64,000 bases of DNA from an uncultured Bacilli bacterium (GCA_934098375.1 CAKOOC010000001.1:70772-134771); one strand, 5' to 3'; counted from the stretch's first letter, positions 27,864 to 38,264 are shown. Notes: generated from the sequence alone by a model not told the origin. Program-made: numbers and translations.

Positions 27864-29309
27864 ATGAAAAGATTTTTAAAAAGCAATTATAAATATATAT
27901 TTAGTTTTATTTTACTTTTTGTAATTAGTTACTTTTTTCCTTATACTGCCGATGATTTTTATTGGGGATCTAAAAGTTTAAGCATAAAAGAATTTATTAA
28001 TATAAGTAAGGATATTTATTTAAATGGAAGATATTTGGGTGATTTTTTTGCAATTATAATGGTAAAATCAAGAATTCTTAGAAGCTTAATTGTAAGTTTA
28101 GTAATAAATTTAATAATTTATTTAATAAGTAAAAAAGAAAATGTTAAATTTTGGTTAGTAGGATTATTGTTTTTAGCGATATTTCCTCTTGTTTTGGCAC
28201 AGTCAGTTGTTTGGACTAGTGGCTTTGCTAATTATGGATTATCGGCACTTTTAGTAATTTATTTGTATTATGAAAAGGATAATTTAATTAATTCTACGAG
28301 TAGAAAATATCATGTGATTCACGGTTTACTAGTATTTTTGGGACAGTTCTTTTTGGAGAATATTTCAATATTTGTTGTATGCTACTTTATATATTTAAAT
28401 ATTATTAGTTATAAGAAAAATAAAAAAATAAATGTGACATTGATTGTCTATTTGATAATATCTTTTATAGGTTTAATACTGATGTTTAGTCATCCATCAT
28501 ATGTATCATCACTAGCAGTGGGTGGTAATGGTTATAAAAAAATTAGTTATAGATTTACTGATGTTACGAGTAGAATATTTGACAACTATTCGAGAATTTG
28601 TAAGTATATATTTATTTTTTCATTTGTTTGTACTTTTATTTTAACATTAATTCTTTTTATTAAAGATAAGAAAAAGAACTTTAACAATAAAAAGATTAAT
28701 TTGGTATTTCATATCTATAACTTTGCCTTTTGTTTATATTCCTTAATTTTTTGTTTATTATTTTTAGCACAGGAATTTAGTTTGGTAAATTCAATTCTTA
28801 GTACTTTATTTATTATAAATATAATTTATTTTATGATTCGTCTTTATAAAAAAGAAAAAGATTTATGGGAAATTTTAATGATGATGATTATGATAATTTT
28901 ACCACTTTCAATTGTACAGCCAATAGGAGCAAGAAACTTTTTTATAATAATTCTTTTAGAAATAATTTTTATAATTAAACTTAATAATAAAGAAAAAGTA
29001 TTTACTATGGATAAAGAGTTCCTTTGTAAATATTTGAAATTTATTTTGGGATTATTAATATGTTATCTATCATTTATTTATATATTTGTAGGCATTTTGG
29101 ATTTTAAAAGAAATAATTATATAAAAGAAGAAGTGAATAAAGGAAGCACAAATATCAAAGTATTTAAGTATCCTTTTGCTAATTATGTATGGCGAAGTGA
29201 GTTAGATGGTGAATACTTTGGTGGCTATTACAATAAGTTCTATGGATATAGTAATGAAGTAAAATATGATAATATTTCATTAAATGAATGGCGCAAATTA
29301 ACTAAATAA
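27864..29309 (+). CDS. polytopic membrane protein (about 12 helices), GT-C/polymerase-like; resembles DUF6056-type proteins
   Basis: 481 aa, very hydrophobic, with the N-terminal motif FPYTADDFYWGS. Family call is from memory only. Confidence 0.5.
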   Translation: MKRFLKSNYKYIFSFILLFVISYFFPYTADDFYWGSKSLSIKEFINISKDIYLNGRYLGDFFAIIMVKSRILRSLIVSLVINLIIYLISKKENVKFWLVGLLFLAIFPLVLAQSVVWTSGFANYGLSALLVIYLYYEKDNLINSTSRKYHVIHGLLVFLGQFFLENISIFVVCYFIYLNIISYKKNKKINVTLIVYLIISFIGLILMFSHPSYVSSLAVGGNGYKKISYRFTDVTSRIFDNYSRICKYIFIFSFVCTFILTLILFIKDKKKNFNNKKINLVFHIYNFAFCLYSLIFCLLFLAQEFSLVNSILSTLFIINIIYFMIRLYKKEKDLWEILMMMIMIILPLSIVQPIGARNFFIIILLEIIFIIKLNNKEKVFTMDKEFLCKYLKFILGLLICYLSFIYIFVGILDFKRNNYIKEEVNKGSTNIKVFKYPFANYVWRSELDGEYFGGYYNKFYGYSNEVKYDNISLNEWRKLTK

Positions 29310-29315
29310 TTATTT

Positions 29316-29342
29316 TTAGCACTTGATATTGACAAGTGCTAT
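29316..29342 (+). promoter_or_regulatory. CIRCE-like inverted repeat (HrcA operator) overlapping the htpG promoter
   Basis: TTAGCACTT-N9-AAGTGCTAT versus consensus TTAGCACTC-N9-GAGTGCTAA. TTGACA (29329-29334) lies in the spacer; 17 nt further is TAAAAC, then TATAAT (29358-29363). Confidence 0.7.
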
Positions 29343-29380
29343 TTTTAGTGTTAAAACTATAATTAGAAAAGAGGAATATT

Positions 29381-31264
29381 ATGAAGAAAAGAGAGTTTAA
29401 ATCATCATCAAAAAAAGTTTTGGATATGATGATTAATTCAATATATACAAATAAAGATATATTTTTAAGAGAACTTATTTCTAATGCGAGTGATGCTTTA
29501 GATAAATTATCTTATTTAGCCCTTACAGATAAAAGTATTAATATATTACCTAGTAGTTTAGAAATTAATATTAAAGCAAATAAGGAAGACAGAACACTTA
29601 CAATAAGTGATAATGGACTTGGCATGAATGAAGAAGATTTAGAAAACAATTTAGGAACAATCGCAGAATCTGGTTCATTAAAATTTAAAGAAGATAATAA
29701 AGATAGCAAAGATGCCGAGATAATTGGTCAATTTGGAGTTGGTTTTTATTCAGCATTTATGGTGGCTAAAAAGGTGGAAGTTTTTTCTAGAAAATACAAT
29801 GAAAACGATGGCTTTTTATGGTCTAGTGAAGGCGCCGATGGTTACACAATAAGTAAGTGTGCTAAAGAAAATATAGGAACAACCATAAAATTATATTTAA
29901 AAGATGATACAGATGAAGAAAATTATACAAATTATTTAGAAGAGTATACGATTAGAAGTATTATTAAAAAATATAGTGATTATATAAAATACCCAATAAA
30001 GATGGAAGTAACTAATAAAGTTTTAAAAGAAGGATCAAAAGATGAATATGAAACTGTTATAGAAAATCAAACGATTAATTCAATGATTCCTTTATGGAAA
30101 AAAGAAAAAAAAGATATTACTAATGAAGAATATGAAAATTTTTATTCATCAAGATTTAATGATTATGAAAAACCACTTAAAGTATTACATAATACTGTAG
30201 AAGGAAATGTTTCTTATAAGTCATTATTGTTTATTCCTTCTCATGCGCCATTTGATTACTATTATAAAGATTTTAAAAAAGGATTAGAACTTTATACAAA
30301 CGGTGTAATGATTATGGAAAAGTGTGAAGAATTACTTCCTGATTATTATAGTTTTGTTAAAGGTGTAGTAGATTCTCAAGATTTAAGTTTAAATATTTCA
30401 AGAGAAACTTTACAAAATGATAGACATGTTTTAGCTATTGCAAAAACTTTGGAAACGAGAATTCATAATGAACTTTTAGATATGTTGAAAAATGATTTTG
30501 ATAATTATAAGAAATTTTTTGATGCTTTTGGTTCACAAATAAAATATGGTGTTTATAATATGTATGGCATAAATAAAGATAAATTAAAAGATTTATTAAT
30601 ATTTTATTCATCAAAAAATGAAAAATTTATAACTTTAGAAGATTATGTTAATAGCATGGACGAAAAACAAGAAAATATTTACTATGCATGTGGTGAAACA
30701 ATTGATAAAATAAATCTACTTCCGCAAGTAGAACAAGTAAAGAAGAAAAATTATGACATTTTATATTTAACTGATTATTTAGATGAATTTGTTTTAGGTG
30801 TTTTAAATGAATTTAATGGTAAGAAATTTAAGAATGTTGCTGATAGTTCTTTAGAATTGGATACAGAGGAAGAAAAAGAAGCATTAAATAAAATAAATGA
30901 AGATAATAAAGAGATGCTTGATGTAATTAAGAAAGAACTTGGTGAAGATGTAGAACGCGTAAGATTTACCAATAAACTAGCAACGCATCCGGTATGTTTA
31001 ACAACCGAAGGTGAAGTAAGTGTGGAAATGCAGAAGGTTATTAATGCAATGCCGGGTGATGATAAAGTTAAAGCCAAAATGGTTTTAGAAATAAATGAAA
31101 ATCATCCAATTAGTGATAAGCTTAAAAATTTATATAAAAATGATAAAGACGAACTTAGAAAGTACGCTAAAGTATTGTACTCTGAGGCTCGTTTAATAGA
31201 AGGATTATCAATTGACAATCCAACAGAAATATCCAATTTAATTTGTGATTTATTATCCAAGTAA
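29381..31264 (+). CDS. htpG: molecular chaperone HtpG (Hsp90)
   Basis: GHKL N-domain FLRELISNASDALDK and IGQFGVGFYSAFMVA. 627 aa. SD AAGAGGA. Confidence 0.95.
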   Translation: MKKREFKSSSKKVLDMMINSIYTNKDIFLRELISNASDALDKLSYLALTDKSINILPSSLEINIKANKEDRTLTISDNGLGMNEEDLENNLGTIAESGSLKFKEDNKDSKDAEIIGQFGVGFYSAFMVAKKVEVFSRKYNENDGFLWSSEGADGYTISKCAKENIGTTIKLYLKDDTDEENYTNYLEEYTIRSIIKKYSDYIKYPIKMEVTNKVLKEGSKDEYETVIENQTINSMIPLWKKEKKDITNEEYENFYSSRFNDYEKPLKVLHNTVEGNVSYKSLLFIPSHAPFDYYYKDFKKGLELYTNGVMIMEKCEELLPDYYSFVKGVVDSQDLSLNISRETLQNDRHVLAIAKTLETRIHNELLDMLKNDFDNYKKFFDAFGSQIKYGVYNMYGINKDKLKDLLIFYSSKNEKFITLEDYVNSMDEKQENIYYACGETIDKINLLPQVEQVKKKNYDILYLTDYLDEFVLGVLNEFNGKKFKNVADSSLELDTEEEKEALNKINEDNKEMLDVIKKELGEDVERVRFTNKLATHPVCLTTEGEVSVEMQKVINAMPGDDKVKAKMVLEINENHPISDKLKNLYKNDKDELRKYAKVLYSEARLIEGLSIDNPTEISNLICDLLSK

Positions 31265-31322
31265 ATTGGATTTTTTAGTGTTATTATTGACAAATATATG
31301 TTCGATATTATATACTGTTTTT

Positions 31323-32525
31323 ATGAGAGAAAATAAGAAAGCAAAATTAATTATTCTTTTACTAATTATTAGTTTTTTATGGGGATGTAGTAATAAAAAA
31401 GAAGAGGAAAATCCTTCTCTTACAAAGATAACTGTAAAAATTAATAGTTTTGAATATGCAGAGAGAAAAAATAATTCTATTCTAGATGTCTTGGATATAA
31501 CCGATGGTGAATTTATTAATGCAGAAGATAAAATAAATACATTAGTTTTGGGAGAACATACAGTTAATGTAAAATATAAAAATAGTAATGGGAAAACGCA
31601 AAAATATAAATATGTTTATACTGTAAAAGATACAATAAAACCAATGATATTACATAGAAGTGTATTTAATATAAATGTGGGAAGTAATCCAGATATTTTA
31701 AGTCAAATAATTTGTGGAGATAATTATGATAGTAATTTGGTGTGTGAAATAGAAGGAGAATATGATTTTAATAAAATAGGGGAATATAAAGCTTATTTTA
31801 CAGCAAAAGATAGTAGTGGGAATTTAACAAAATCACCATTTAAAATTGTTGTTAAAGAAAAACAGGAATCTAATGGCTCTAATAATACACCTGTAAAGGG
31901 CAAGGATATAGCAGACTTTATAAAAAAATATAAAAGTGATAATAATGAAATTGGTATTGATGTATCTACGTGGCAGGGTGATGTTGATTATGAAAAAGTT
32001 AAAAATGCTGGGATAGATTTTGTATTTATAAGATTAGGCTTTGCTAGTAAAGATGGAAAAATTACTTTAGATAATAAGTTTAAACAGAATCTAAAAAATG
32101 CTAAAGAGGCAGGATTAAAAGTTGGGGTTTATTTTTATTCAAAGGCATCAACGGTAATGATGGCAAAAGAGCAGGCAAAATATGTAATTGATGCTTTAGA
32201 TGGAGAAGAACTTTCTTTACCAATTGCTTTTGATTGGGAGTGCTGGAATGATTTTAATAGTTTTCATATTAGTTATACTGATTTAAATTTAATTGCTGAA
32301 GAATTTATAAAAACTGTTCAAGAGGCTGGATATATTGGCATGAATTATGGCAGTGCTTCGTATTTAGAAAAGGTTTGGTTTATAGATGAGTATCCGGTAT
32401 GGATGGCACATTATACGACAAAAACTGATTTTAAAAAAGAGTATTATATATGGCAAGCAAGTAATGTGGGAGTAGTACCAGGAATTGACGGATTTGTGGA
32501 TTTAGATGTATCATATATTAAATGA
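31323..32525 (+). CDS. lipoprotein GH25 muramidase (lysozyme) with N-terminal Ig-like (DUF5011-type) domains
   Basis: ATG 31323. Lipobox LWGC. C-terminal GH25 block IGIDVSTWQGDVDYEKVKNAGIDFVFIRLG...FDWE...WMAHY...WQ. Confidence 0.85.
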   Translation: MRENKKAKLIILLLIISFLWGCSNKKEEENPSLTKITVKINSFEYAERKNNSILDVLDITDGEFINAEDKINTLVLGEHTVNVKYKNSNGKTQKYKYVYTVKDTIKPMILHRSVFNINVGSNPDILSQIICGDNYDSNLVCEIEGEYDFNKIGEYKAYFTAKDSSGNLTKSPFKIVVKEKQESNGSNNTPVKGKDIADFIKKYKSDNNEIGIDVSTWQGDVDYEKVKNAGIDFVFIRLGFASKDGKITLDNKFKQNLKNAKEAGLKVGVYFYSKASTVMMAKEQAKYVIDALDGEELSLPIAFDWECWNDFNSFHISYTDLNLIAEEFIKTVQEAGYIGMNYGSASYLEKVWFIDEYPVWMAHYTTKTDFKKEYYIWQASNVGVVPGIDGFVDLDVSYIK

Positions 32526-32539
32526 TAATGGAGGAAAAA

Positions 32540-33418
32540 ATGAAATCAAAAGTATATTTTATTAGAGAAATAAATGAAGATAATTTAGTTAAATTATATG
32601 ATTTATTAAATATTAACTTAGAAGGTAATGTGGCGGTAAAAGTGCATTCTGGTGAAAAAGGAAATCAAAACTTTTTAAAACCACCATTTTATGAGAAAAT
32701 TATAAATAGAGTAAATGGTACGATTGTAGAATGCAATACAGCTTATGATGGTGCAAGAAATACAACATCAAAGCATCAAGAATTAATGAATGAACTTGGC
32801 TGGACAAAATATTATGATGTTGATATTATGGATAAAGATGGTGATAAAACATTAGATATTCCAAATGGCAAAATAATTAAGGAAAATTATGTTGGTAAGG
32901 ATATAGATAATTATGATTCAATGCTAGTAGTAAGTCATTTTAAAGGACACCCAATGGGCGGTTACGGTGGCGCATTAAAACAACTTTCTATTGGGGTTGC
33001 TTCTTCTAATGGAAAAGCATATATTCATTCAGCAGGTAAAATTAAAGATCAAAAAGAATTATCGGAAAATATTGCTCCGCAAAATGATTTTTTAGAAGCG
33101 ATGGCGGATGCTGCTTCTAGCGTTTGTGAATTATTTAAAAATAAAATTGCATTTATAAATGTAATGGCAAATATGAGTGTTGACTGTGATTGCTGCGCAG
33201 TGGCGGAAGATCCTTGTTTAAAAGATATTGGTATTTTAGCAAGCTTAGATCCTGTTGCGATAGATAAGGCTTGTTTGGATTTAGTAATAAATAGTGAAGA
33301 TGAAGGAAAAGAACATTTCTTAGAAAGAGTAAATTCTAGAAATGGCATGCATATTTTAGAAGCCGCTGAAGAACTTGGAATAGGAACAACTTATTACGAG
33401 CTAATTGAGGTTAAATAA
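32540..33418 (+). CDS. DUF362 / COG2768-type uncharacterised Fe-S protein
   Basis: ATG 32540 after GGAGG. Blocks VAVKVHSGEKGNQNFLKP, ECNTAYDGAR and SVDCDCCA. Confidence 0.7.
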   Translation: MKSKVYFIREINEDNLVKLYDLLNINLEGNVAVKVHSGEKGNQNFLKPPFYEKIINRVNGTIVECNTAYDGARNTTSKHQELMNELGWTKYYDVDIMDKDGDKTLDIPNGKIIKENYVGKDIDNYDSMLVVSHFKGHPMGGYGGALKQLSIGVASSNGKAYIHSAGKIKDQKELSENIAPQNDFLEAMADAASSVCELFKNKIAFINVMANMSVDCDCCAVAEDPCLKDIGILASLDPVAIDKACLDLVINSEDEGKEHFLERVNSRNGMHILEAAEELGIGTTYYELIEVK

Positions 33419-33423
33419 TTTTT

Positions 33424-33969
33424 ATGGAACTTTGGGGATTTTTATTTATAAGTTTATTTGGAACTTTAGGACACTTTATGTATGAATGGACCAATCATAA
33501 TAGATATGCGTCTATTATATTTGCGGTAAATGAAAGCACATGGGAACATATGAAATTAGTGGTTTTTCCATCGCTAATTTGGATAATTGTAGAAATACCT
33601 TTTCTTTACAATAATCCTAATTTTATAGCGGCTAAATTTATTTCACTAGTTACTATGTTAATTTTAATTCCGGTACTGTTTTATTTGTATAAATTATTTT
33701 TTAAAAAACATAGTTTAATTTATAGTATTGTTGAATTTTTAATTTCCATATCAGCTGGTCAATATCTTAGTTACTTAGTGCTTCAAGCTGATGCTATAAA
33801 TCCGATTTATAATTATATTAGTTTAATTTTGTTAATCTTAATTATTAGTTATTTTTTAGTAGCAACTTTAATTCCTGGAACAAGTGAATTATATACTGAT
33901 CCGATTACTAATAAAAAAGGAATAAAAGGACATACTCATATGAGTCATGATCATAAAGAACACAAATAG
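33424..33969 (+). CDS. integral membrane protein (DUF6512-like), His-rich C-terminus
   Basis: LFGTLGHFMYEWTNHN...ESTWEHMKL, five helices, tail KGHTHMSHDHKEHK. Family call is from memory. Confidence 0.55.
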   Translation: MELWGFLFISLFGTLGHFMYEWTNHNRYASIIFAVNESTWEHMKLVVFPSLIWIIVEIPFLYNNPNFIAAKFISLVTMLILIPVLFYLYKLFFKKHSLIYSIVEFLISISAGQYLSYLVLQADAINPIYNYISLILLILIISYFLVATLIPGTSELYTDPITNKKGIKGHTHMSHDHKEHK

Positions 33970-34056
33970 TTTGAACTTCTAACGTGTTTTTTTTATTATT
34001 TATTTACTTTTAAGAAAAGTTTTTATATAATAAATATCGCAACTCGGGTGAGAAGT

Positions 34057-35250
34057 ATGAATGTAAAGAAAAAAGCAATTAAATATATAACAGAAAAATT
34101 AAAAAATAAACCAGATATATTAGCAAAAAGTATAATGGCAGGTTTCTTATTAGAAAGTGCTGGTGCTAGTGATAATGAAGTAATTGCTGGTTATCTTTCT
34201 TTTGTCATAGATGAAAACGGTGACTGTATAGAGGAAATAATTTCTTTTTTTGGTGGAGAAATAAGTAGTTTAGTACTTACTTCAAAAAGAATTGTTGGAG
34301 AAATGTCTATTGAAGAGAGAATGAGACAAAATAATAAAAATATTATTGGATTACCTGATAAGAATAAAGATGTTTTATGTGCGAAAATCATAGCATATTT
34401 AGAATATGATAAAGATAAAAAAGGTAGCGATGAATTTTTAAAAGATATTGATGCTCCACTAGATAAAAAGATGACACTTTTAAATGGTATGTTTAACCAT
34501 TTAGCAACTGATTACGCAAGTTCTTTAATTTCTATGCTATATTCTTTACTTAATGAAATGATGGTTGCTGATTATAGTTTTTCTTATGAAGAAAACTTTG
34601 TGCCTAGTGATTTACGAACAGAATTAAATCATTTAAAAAATGCTTTGCTAAGTAATAAACCTTATTTAATTATTTTAACAAATGGAGAATTTAATACTTC
34701 TAGTTCTTTTAGTGATGTTCTTCTAAAATTATTTGATGTAAAATATCGCCTTAAGGTTAATGATAGAGAAGAAAATTTATCTTTTGATAATATAAAAGAA
34801 AGTCTTTCTTTAGTAGAAAAAAATCTTTTACTTAGCGCTTCATTAAAGGGAAACGTCTTAGAAAGATTAATTGGCGATGATAGTGTAATTTTGGGAAGTG
34901 ACTATTTATTAGAATTTTTTGATTTTGTCGCCATGCTTATAAAAGAAAAAACAATTTCCTTAGAAGATATAAAGAATTTTGCTCGTAAAAATCAAAGGCT
35001 TATAGAAAGTGCAGTGAATATTGTTTTTGTAAATTATGCTGCTAATAAAGAATTGGATTTAGAAGATAGTTATACTAGCGAGTATGAAGATTTACTTGAA
35101 AACTGTAAAAGACTAATTGTAAGTGATGTAAAAGACGTTGATATAACTAAAATTACAAGTAGAGAAGAAACAGTAATAATTACAGGAATGTTACTTCCAT
35201 ATATGGATAAAGGTAGAATTCTTGCGTTAAGAGAAGGTATTATAAAATAA
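34057..35250 (+). CDS. hypothetical protein with N-terminal degenerate RelA/SpoT-type HD-like region
   Basis: ATG 34057 after GGGTGA. VIAGYLSFVIDENGDCIEEIISFFGGEISSLVLTSKRI parallels iaAALLHDvvEDT..t.eei...FG..va.lV.gvTk but lacks H-D and E-D. Confidence 0.45.
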   Translation: MNVKKKAIKYITEKLKNKPDILAKSIMAGFLLESAGASDNEVIAGYLSFVIDENGDCIEEIISFFGGEISSLVLTSKRIVGEMSIEERMRQNNKNIIGLPDKNKDVLCAKIIAYLEYDKDKKGSDEFLKDIDAPLDKKMTLLNGMFNHLATDYASSLISMLYSLLNEMMVADYSFSYEENFVPSDLRTELNHLKNALLSNKPYLIILTNGEFNTSSSFSDVLLKLFDVKYRLKVNDREENLSFDNIKESLSLVEKNLLLSASLKGNVLERLIGDDSVILGSDYLLEFFDFVAMLIKEKTISLEDIKNFARKNQRLIESAVNIVFVNYAANKELDLEDSYTSEYEDLLENCKRLIVSDVKDVDITKITSREETVIITGMLLPYMDKGRILALREGIIK

Positions 35251-35285
35251 AAAAACTAACTTAAAATTTTCCAAAGTTAGTTTTT
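35251..35285. terminator. bidirectional intrinsic terminator between convergent genes
   Basis: Perfect 12-bp arms AAAAACTAACTT / AAGTTAGTTTTT around an 11-nt loop. The A/T runs give U-tracts on both strands. Confidence 0.6.
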
Positions 35286-35541
35286 ATTTGTGAGTATTTT
35301 CATAATAATTACGTTCAGCAAGTTCTGTTAATATTATATCTAATTCTTCATCAAGAGTGTCTTCATATGCTTCTTCAGCTTCATAGATAATTTCATTTAA
35401 AGATGACATATTTTGATAATCAATATTAAATCTTTTTAAAACTTCAATTTGATAATTAGTTAAGTATAATTTGTCATTAACTTTAATCAATTTATTTTTT
35501 TGAAAATCAACATTTTTTAGTAAATCATTAATGTTTTCCAT
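35284..35541 (-). CDS. small acidic hypothetical protein
   Basis: ATG 35541 (MENINDLL) is 1 nt after the upstream stop. 85 aa, no family recognised. Confidence 0.45.
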   Translation of the reverse strand: MENINDLLKNVDFQKNKLIKVNDKLYLTNYQIEVLKRFNIDYQNMSSLNEIIYEAEEAYEDTLDEELDIILTELAERNYYENTHK

Positions 35542-35542
35542 A

Positions 35543-35740
35543 TTAAATAAAGGATACAATATCGATGATATTTTTACTTTCTAAAATATATAAAATAGTG
35601 ATGATGATAAGAATTATTAAAATAATTACTAAAACGGTTATAAGGGAGCGGCTTCCTAATCTTTCAGTAGCCACGGGACTTTCCACAATTAATTTCTTTT
35701 TAAATTCTTCATTATCATTTTTATTATTCAAATAGATCAC
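35543..35740 (-). CDS. small single-pass membrane protein
   Basis: 65 aa with the central hydrophobic helix LITVLVIILIILIIITILYIL. Confidence 0.4.
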   Translation of the reverse strand: MIYLNNKNDNEEFKKKLIVESPVATERLGSRSLITVLVIILIILIIITILYILESKNIIDIVSFI

Positions 35741-35763
35741 CTTTTCTTTTAATAAATTATATC

Positions 35764-36543
35764 TTATTTAAAATATTTCTTCAATTTTTTTCGAAATTTC
35801 TTAGGATTTAGTAAGTAAAGCGCTAAAAGGATAGTGGCAAGCAATATATATTCAAAAGTTCCCGTTTTACGTGTAAATTTAGCAGTTAATTCAATATTGG
35901 AAGTAATCTTAGTATTAAAGTCAAATTTTTGATCATTTAAATACCAACCGTCAAAATTATAACCACTTTTTTCTGGAGTAAAACTTGCAATCACCTCGTT
36001 TTCATCTACTTTAACTTGTTTTTCATTATTGTCATATATAAACTTAACGATATAGGTAACGGGTGTGTAGTCACTCCATAATCCTAATTTTTGCTTTTTT
36101 GCTTCATTTTCAATTTCATATAATTCTTCTAAATAAGAGTACTTTCCATAAACGTATTTTATTTTGGCATAGCCGACTTCGATTAATTCTTTTTGAAGTA
36201 AACTATTATCAACCCAAACCCATGCAAGTATGCGTCCATATTTATCTAATTTAGTACTTTTATCATCATATTCAAGTTCGATTTTTTTAGCATTTGTAAT
36301 TTTATTACAGGTATAACTACTAGCGTCTTTGCCGTAAGCTTCAACTTCTTTATTGGGATGAACCGTTTCGGGGGTATCTATTGCTAGAAATCTTACTTTT
36401 GTTTTTTCTCCATCAATATTAAAAACAGCTGTATCACCATCTACACATTTAACAAATTTAACAGTTTCTTTAGTATTTGCATAAACATTATTATTTAGAT
36501 TTAATGTTAATAAAAGCATACTTATAAACAATATTTTTTTCAT
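35764..36543 (-). CDS. secreted thermonuclease (SNase/micrococcal nuclease family) with Listeria-Bacteroides-type repeat and C-terminal anchor
   Basis: Signal peptide. VKFVKCVDGDTAVF...VRFLAIDTPE...YGR.LAWVW. C-terminal ...SGYNFDGWYLNDQKFDF...ELTAKF repeat followed by a TM helix. Confidence 0.85.
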   Translation of the reverse strand: MKKILFISMLLLTLNLNNNVYANTKETVKFVKCVDGDTAVFNIDGEKTKVRFLAIDTPETVHPNKEVEAYGKDASSYTCNKITNAKKIELEYDDKSTKLDKYGRILAWVWVDNSLLQKELIEVGYAKIKYVYGKYSYLEELYEIENEAKKQKLGLWSDYTPVTYIVKFIYDNNEKQVKVDENEVIASFTPEKSGYNFDGWYLNDQKFDFNTKITSNIELTAKFTRKTGTFEYILLATILLALYLLNPKKFRKKLKKYFK

Positions 36544-36650
36544 ATTTTTACCTCTATATAATAATAAAGTTAATTTTTAAATTTAGCAATATATTTGTTT
36601 AAAGATGTATTTATTTATGATACAATTATTTAGAATAAGAGGTGGCTTTT

Positions 36651-38252
36651 GTGAAAGTAATAAACGATTTATTAAATGCTTTAACAAATGTAGAAAAATC
36701 TATTGGGGATCCAATTAATGATGCTCAAACTCGAAAAAATGAGATTTTAGAAATTAAAAATATATTATTTAATTATAATAACGAAATAACAGAAAAAAAT
36801 ATATTAGAATTTAAAGATGAAGATATCAAACGCATTTTAGAACTTTATAGTCATGATAATAATGAACTATATAAACAATATAAAATATATAAAAATATCG
36901 TTGTTTCATATGAAGAAATAAATAATAAATATAAAAATATTGATGCTCCGCAGGTGGAAAGTGCTAAAAAATGGTTTAAAAAACTTGCTTTTGACATCAC
37001 AAAATATATGCAAAATGTAACAGATACAACCGATGAATATATAAAAACATTAAAAGAAAAAAATGTTTTGCCACGTAAATACTTAAATATGTTTAAAAAC
37101 GAAAAATTAATTGAACCTATATTATCAATAAGTGAATTTAATGAACTCATAAATGAGATGTTTTTTGATTTAAAAAAGAGAATAAAAATTAAAAGCGAAA
37201 TTGCTAAAATGAATGCGGAAATAATGTTTTTAGATGATCAAGAAGAAAGTGCAGCGGCCTTAGAACTAGAAAAATATAAGAATCTAGTAGAAAATGTTAA
37301 ATCTAAACATCAAAAAGTTTATGATGAATTAAATGAAGAAAACTTGACGGCAGATGAAGTTAAAGATAAAACTGATGAATTAAGTAAAAAATATAAACTA
37401 GATGAAAAGACGCTTCAAGATGTTATAAAAGCTGTTTTACTTAATAAAGAATTAAATAATGAAAATGTATCTTTAGAAAAATTAGAGGAAATATATAATT
37501 TAAAATTAGAACTAACTAAAGAGGAAAATAAAAAGAGTGATTTAGAAGATGCTTCTATAATAAATGAAGTTAATCAAATTCTAGAAAAAGAAAAAAGATT
37601 AATTGATAAAACAAATGAAAAAGAATTTGATATTTATCTAGCACAAAGTATTGATTCTAACGATGAAAAAGCAATAAGTTATAAAATTGTTTCTGTATTA
37701 ACTGCTTTATATAGCGAGTGTGAAAAGTTAAAAAATTCAAAAGGATTAAAACTTACCCATGATAATGCGGTAGGAAATATTAGACAGTATATTGATGCTT
37801 ATAATGTTTTACATGAAACGTTAGAAAAAGTATTAAATGAAAAGATGAAAAAAGTCCTTTATTTAACAAATAAAAAGGAATATCCTTATATATTGGAAGA
37901 TGCTAAAAAGTACAATGAAACGGAAAAAAATAGTTTATATGATTTGCTTTATAATCTCCTTTATGAAGATATAAGTAAGGTAAAATGTAGTGAAATTTTA
38001 TCTGATTTAGAAATATATAGAATTAGTAATGATGTTATAAAAATGGCTTTTATTAAGTTAGATAATGATTATCTTTTGGTTTTAAATGCATCTATAATTA
38101 ATGGTGATGATAAAACGAGTTCGTTTGTATTTTCACAAGATGTTAAAGTTATAAAAGATGTAATAAAAATGAGTAATGATAAGGATAAAATAGAAAAACT
38201 TTATAAAAAACAAGCTAAATTTAGAAAAGAGTTATGGGAAACTTTAAACTAG
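36651..38252 (+). CDS. large coiled-coil hypothetical protein (operon gene 1)
   Basis: GTG 36651 (or 36642) after AAGAGGTGG. About 533 aa, K/E/N/L-rich with heptad-like periodicity. No family recognised. Confidence 0.55.
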   Translation: MKVINDLLNALTNVEKSIGDPINDAQTRKNEILEIKNILFNYNNEITEKNILEFKDEDIKRILELYSHDNNELYKQYKIYKNIVVSYEEINNKYKNIDAPQVESAKKWFKKLAFDITKYMQNVTDTTDEYIKTLKEKNVLPRKYLNMFKNEKLIEPILSISEFNELINEMFFDLKKRIKIKSEIAKMNAEIMFLDDQEESAAALELEKYKNLVENVKSKHQKVYDELNEENLTADEVKDKTDELSKKYKLDEKTLQDVIKAVLLNKELNNENVSLEKLEEIYNLKLELTKEENKKSDLEDASIINEVNQILEKEKRLIDKTNEKEFDIYLAQSIDSNDEKAISYKIVSVLTALYSECEKLKNSKGLKLTHDNAVGNIRQYIDAYNVLHETLEKVLNEKMKKVLYLTNKKEYPYILEDAKKYNETEKNSLYDLLYNLLYEDISKVKCSEILSDLEIYRISNDVIKMAFIKLDNDYLLVLNASIINGDDKTSSFVFSQDVKVIKDVIKMSNDKDKIEKLYKKQAKFRKELWETLN

Positions 38253-38264
38253 GTGGTGATAAAA

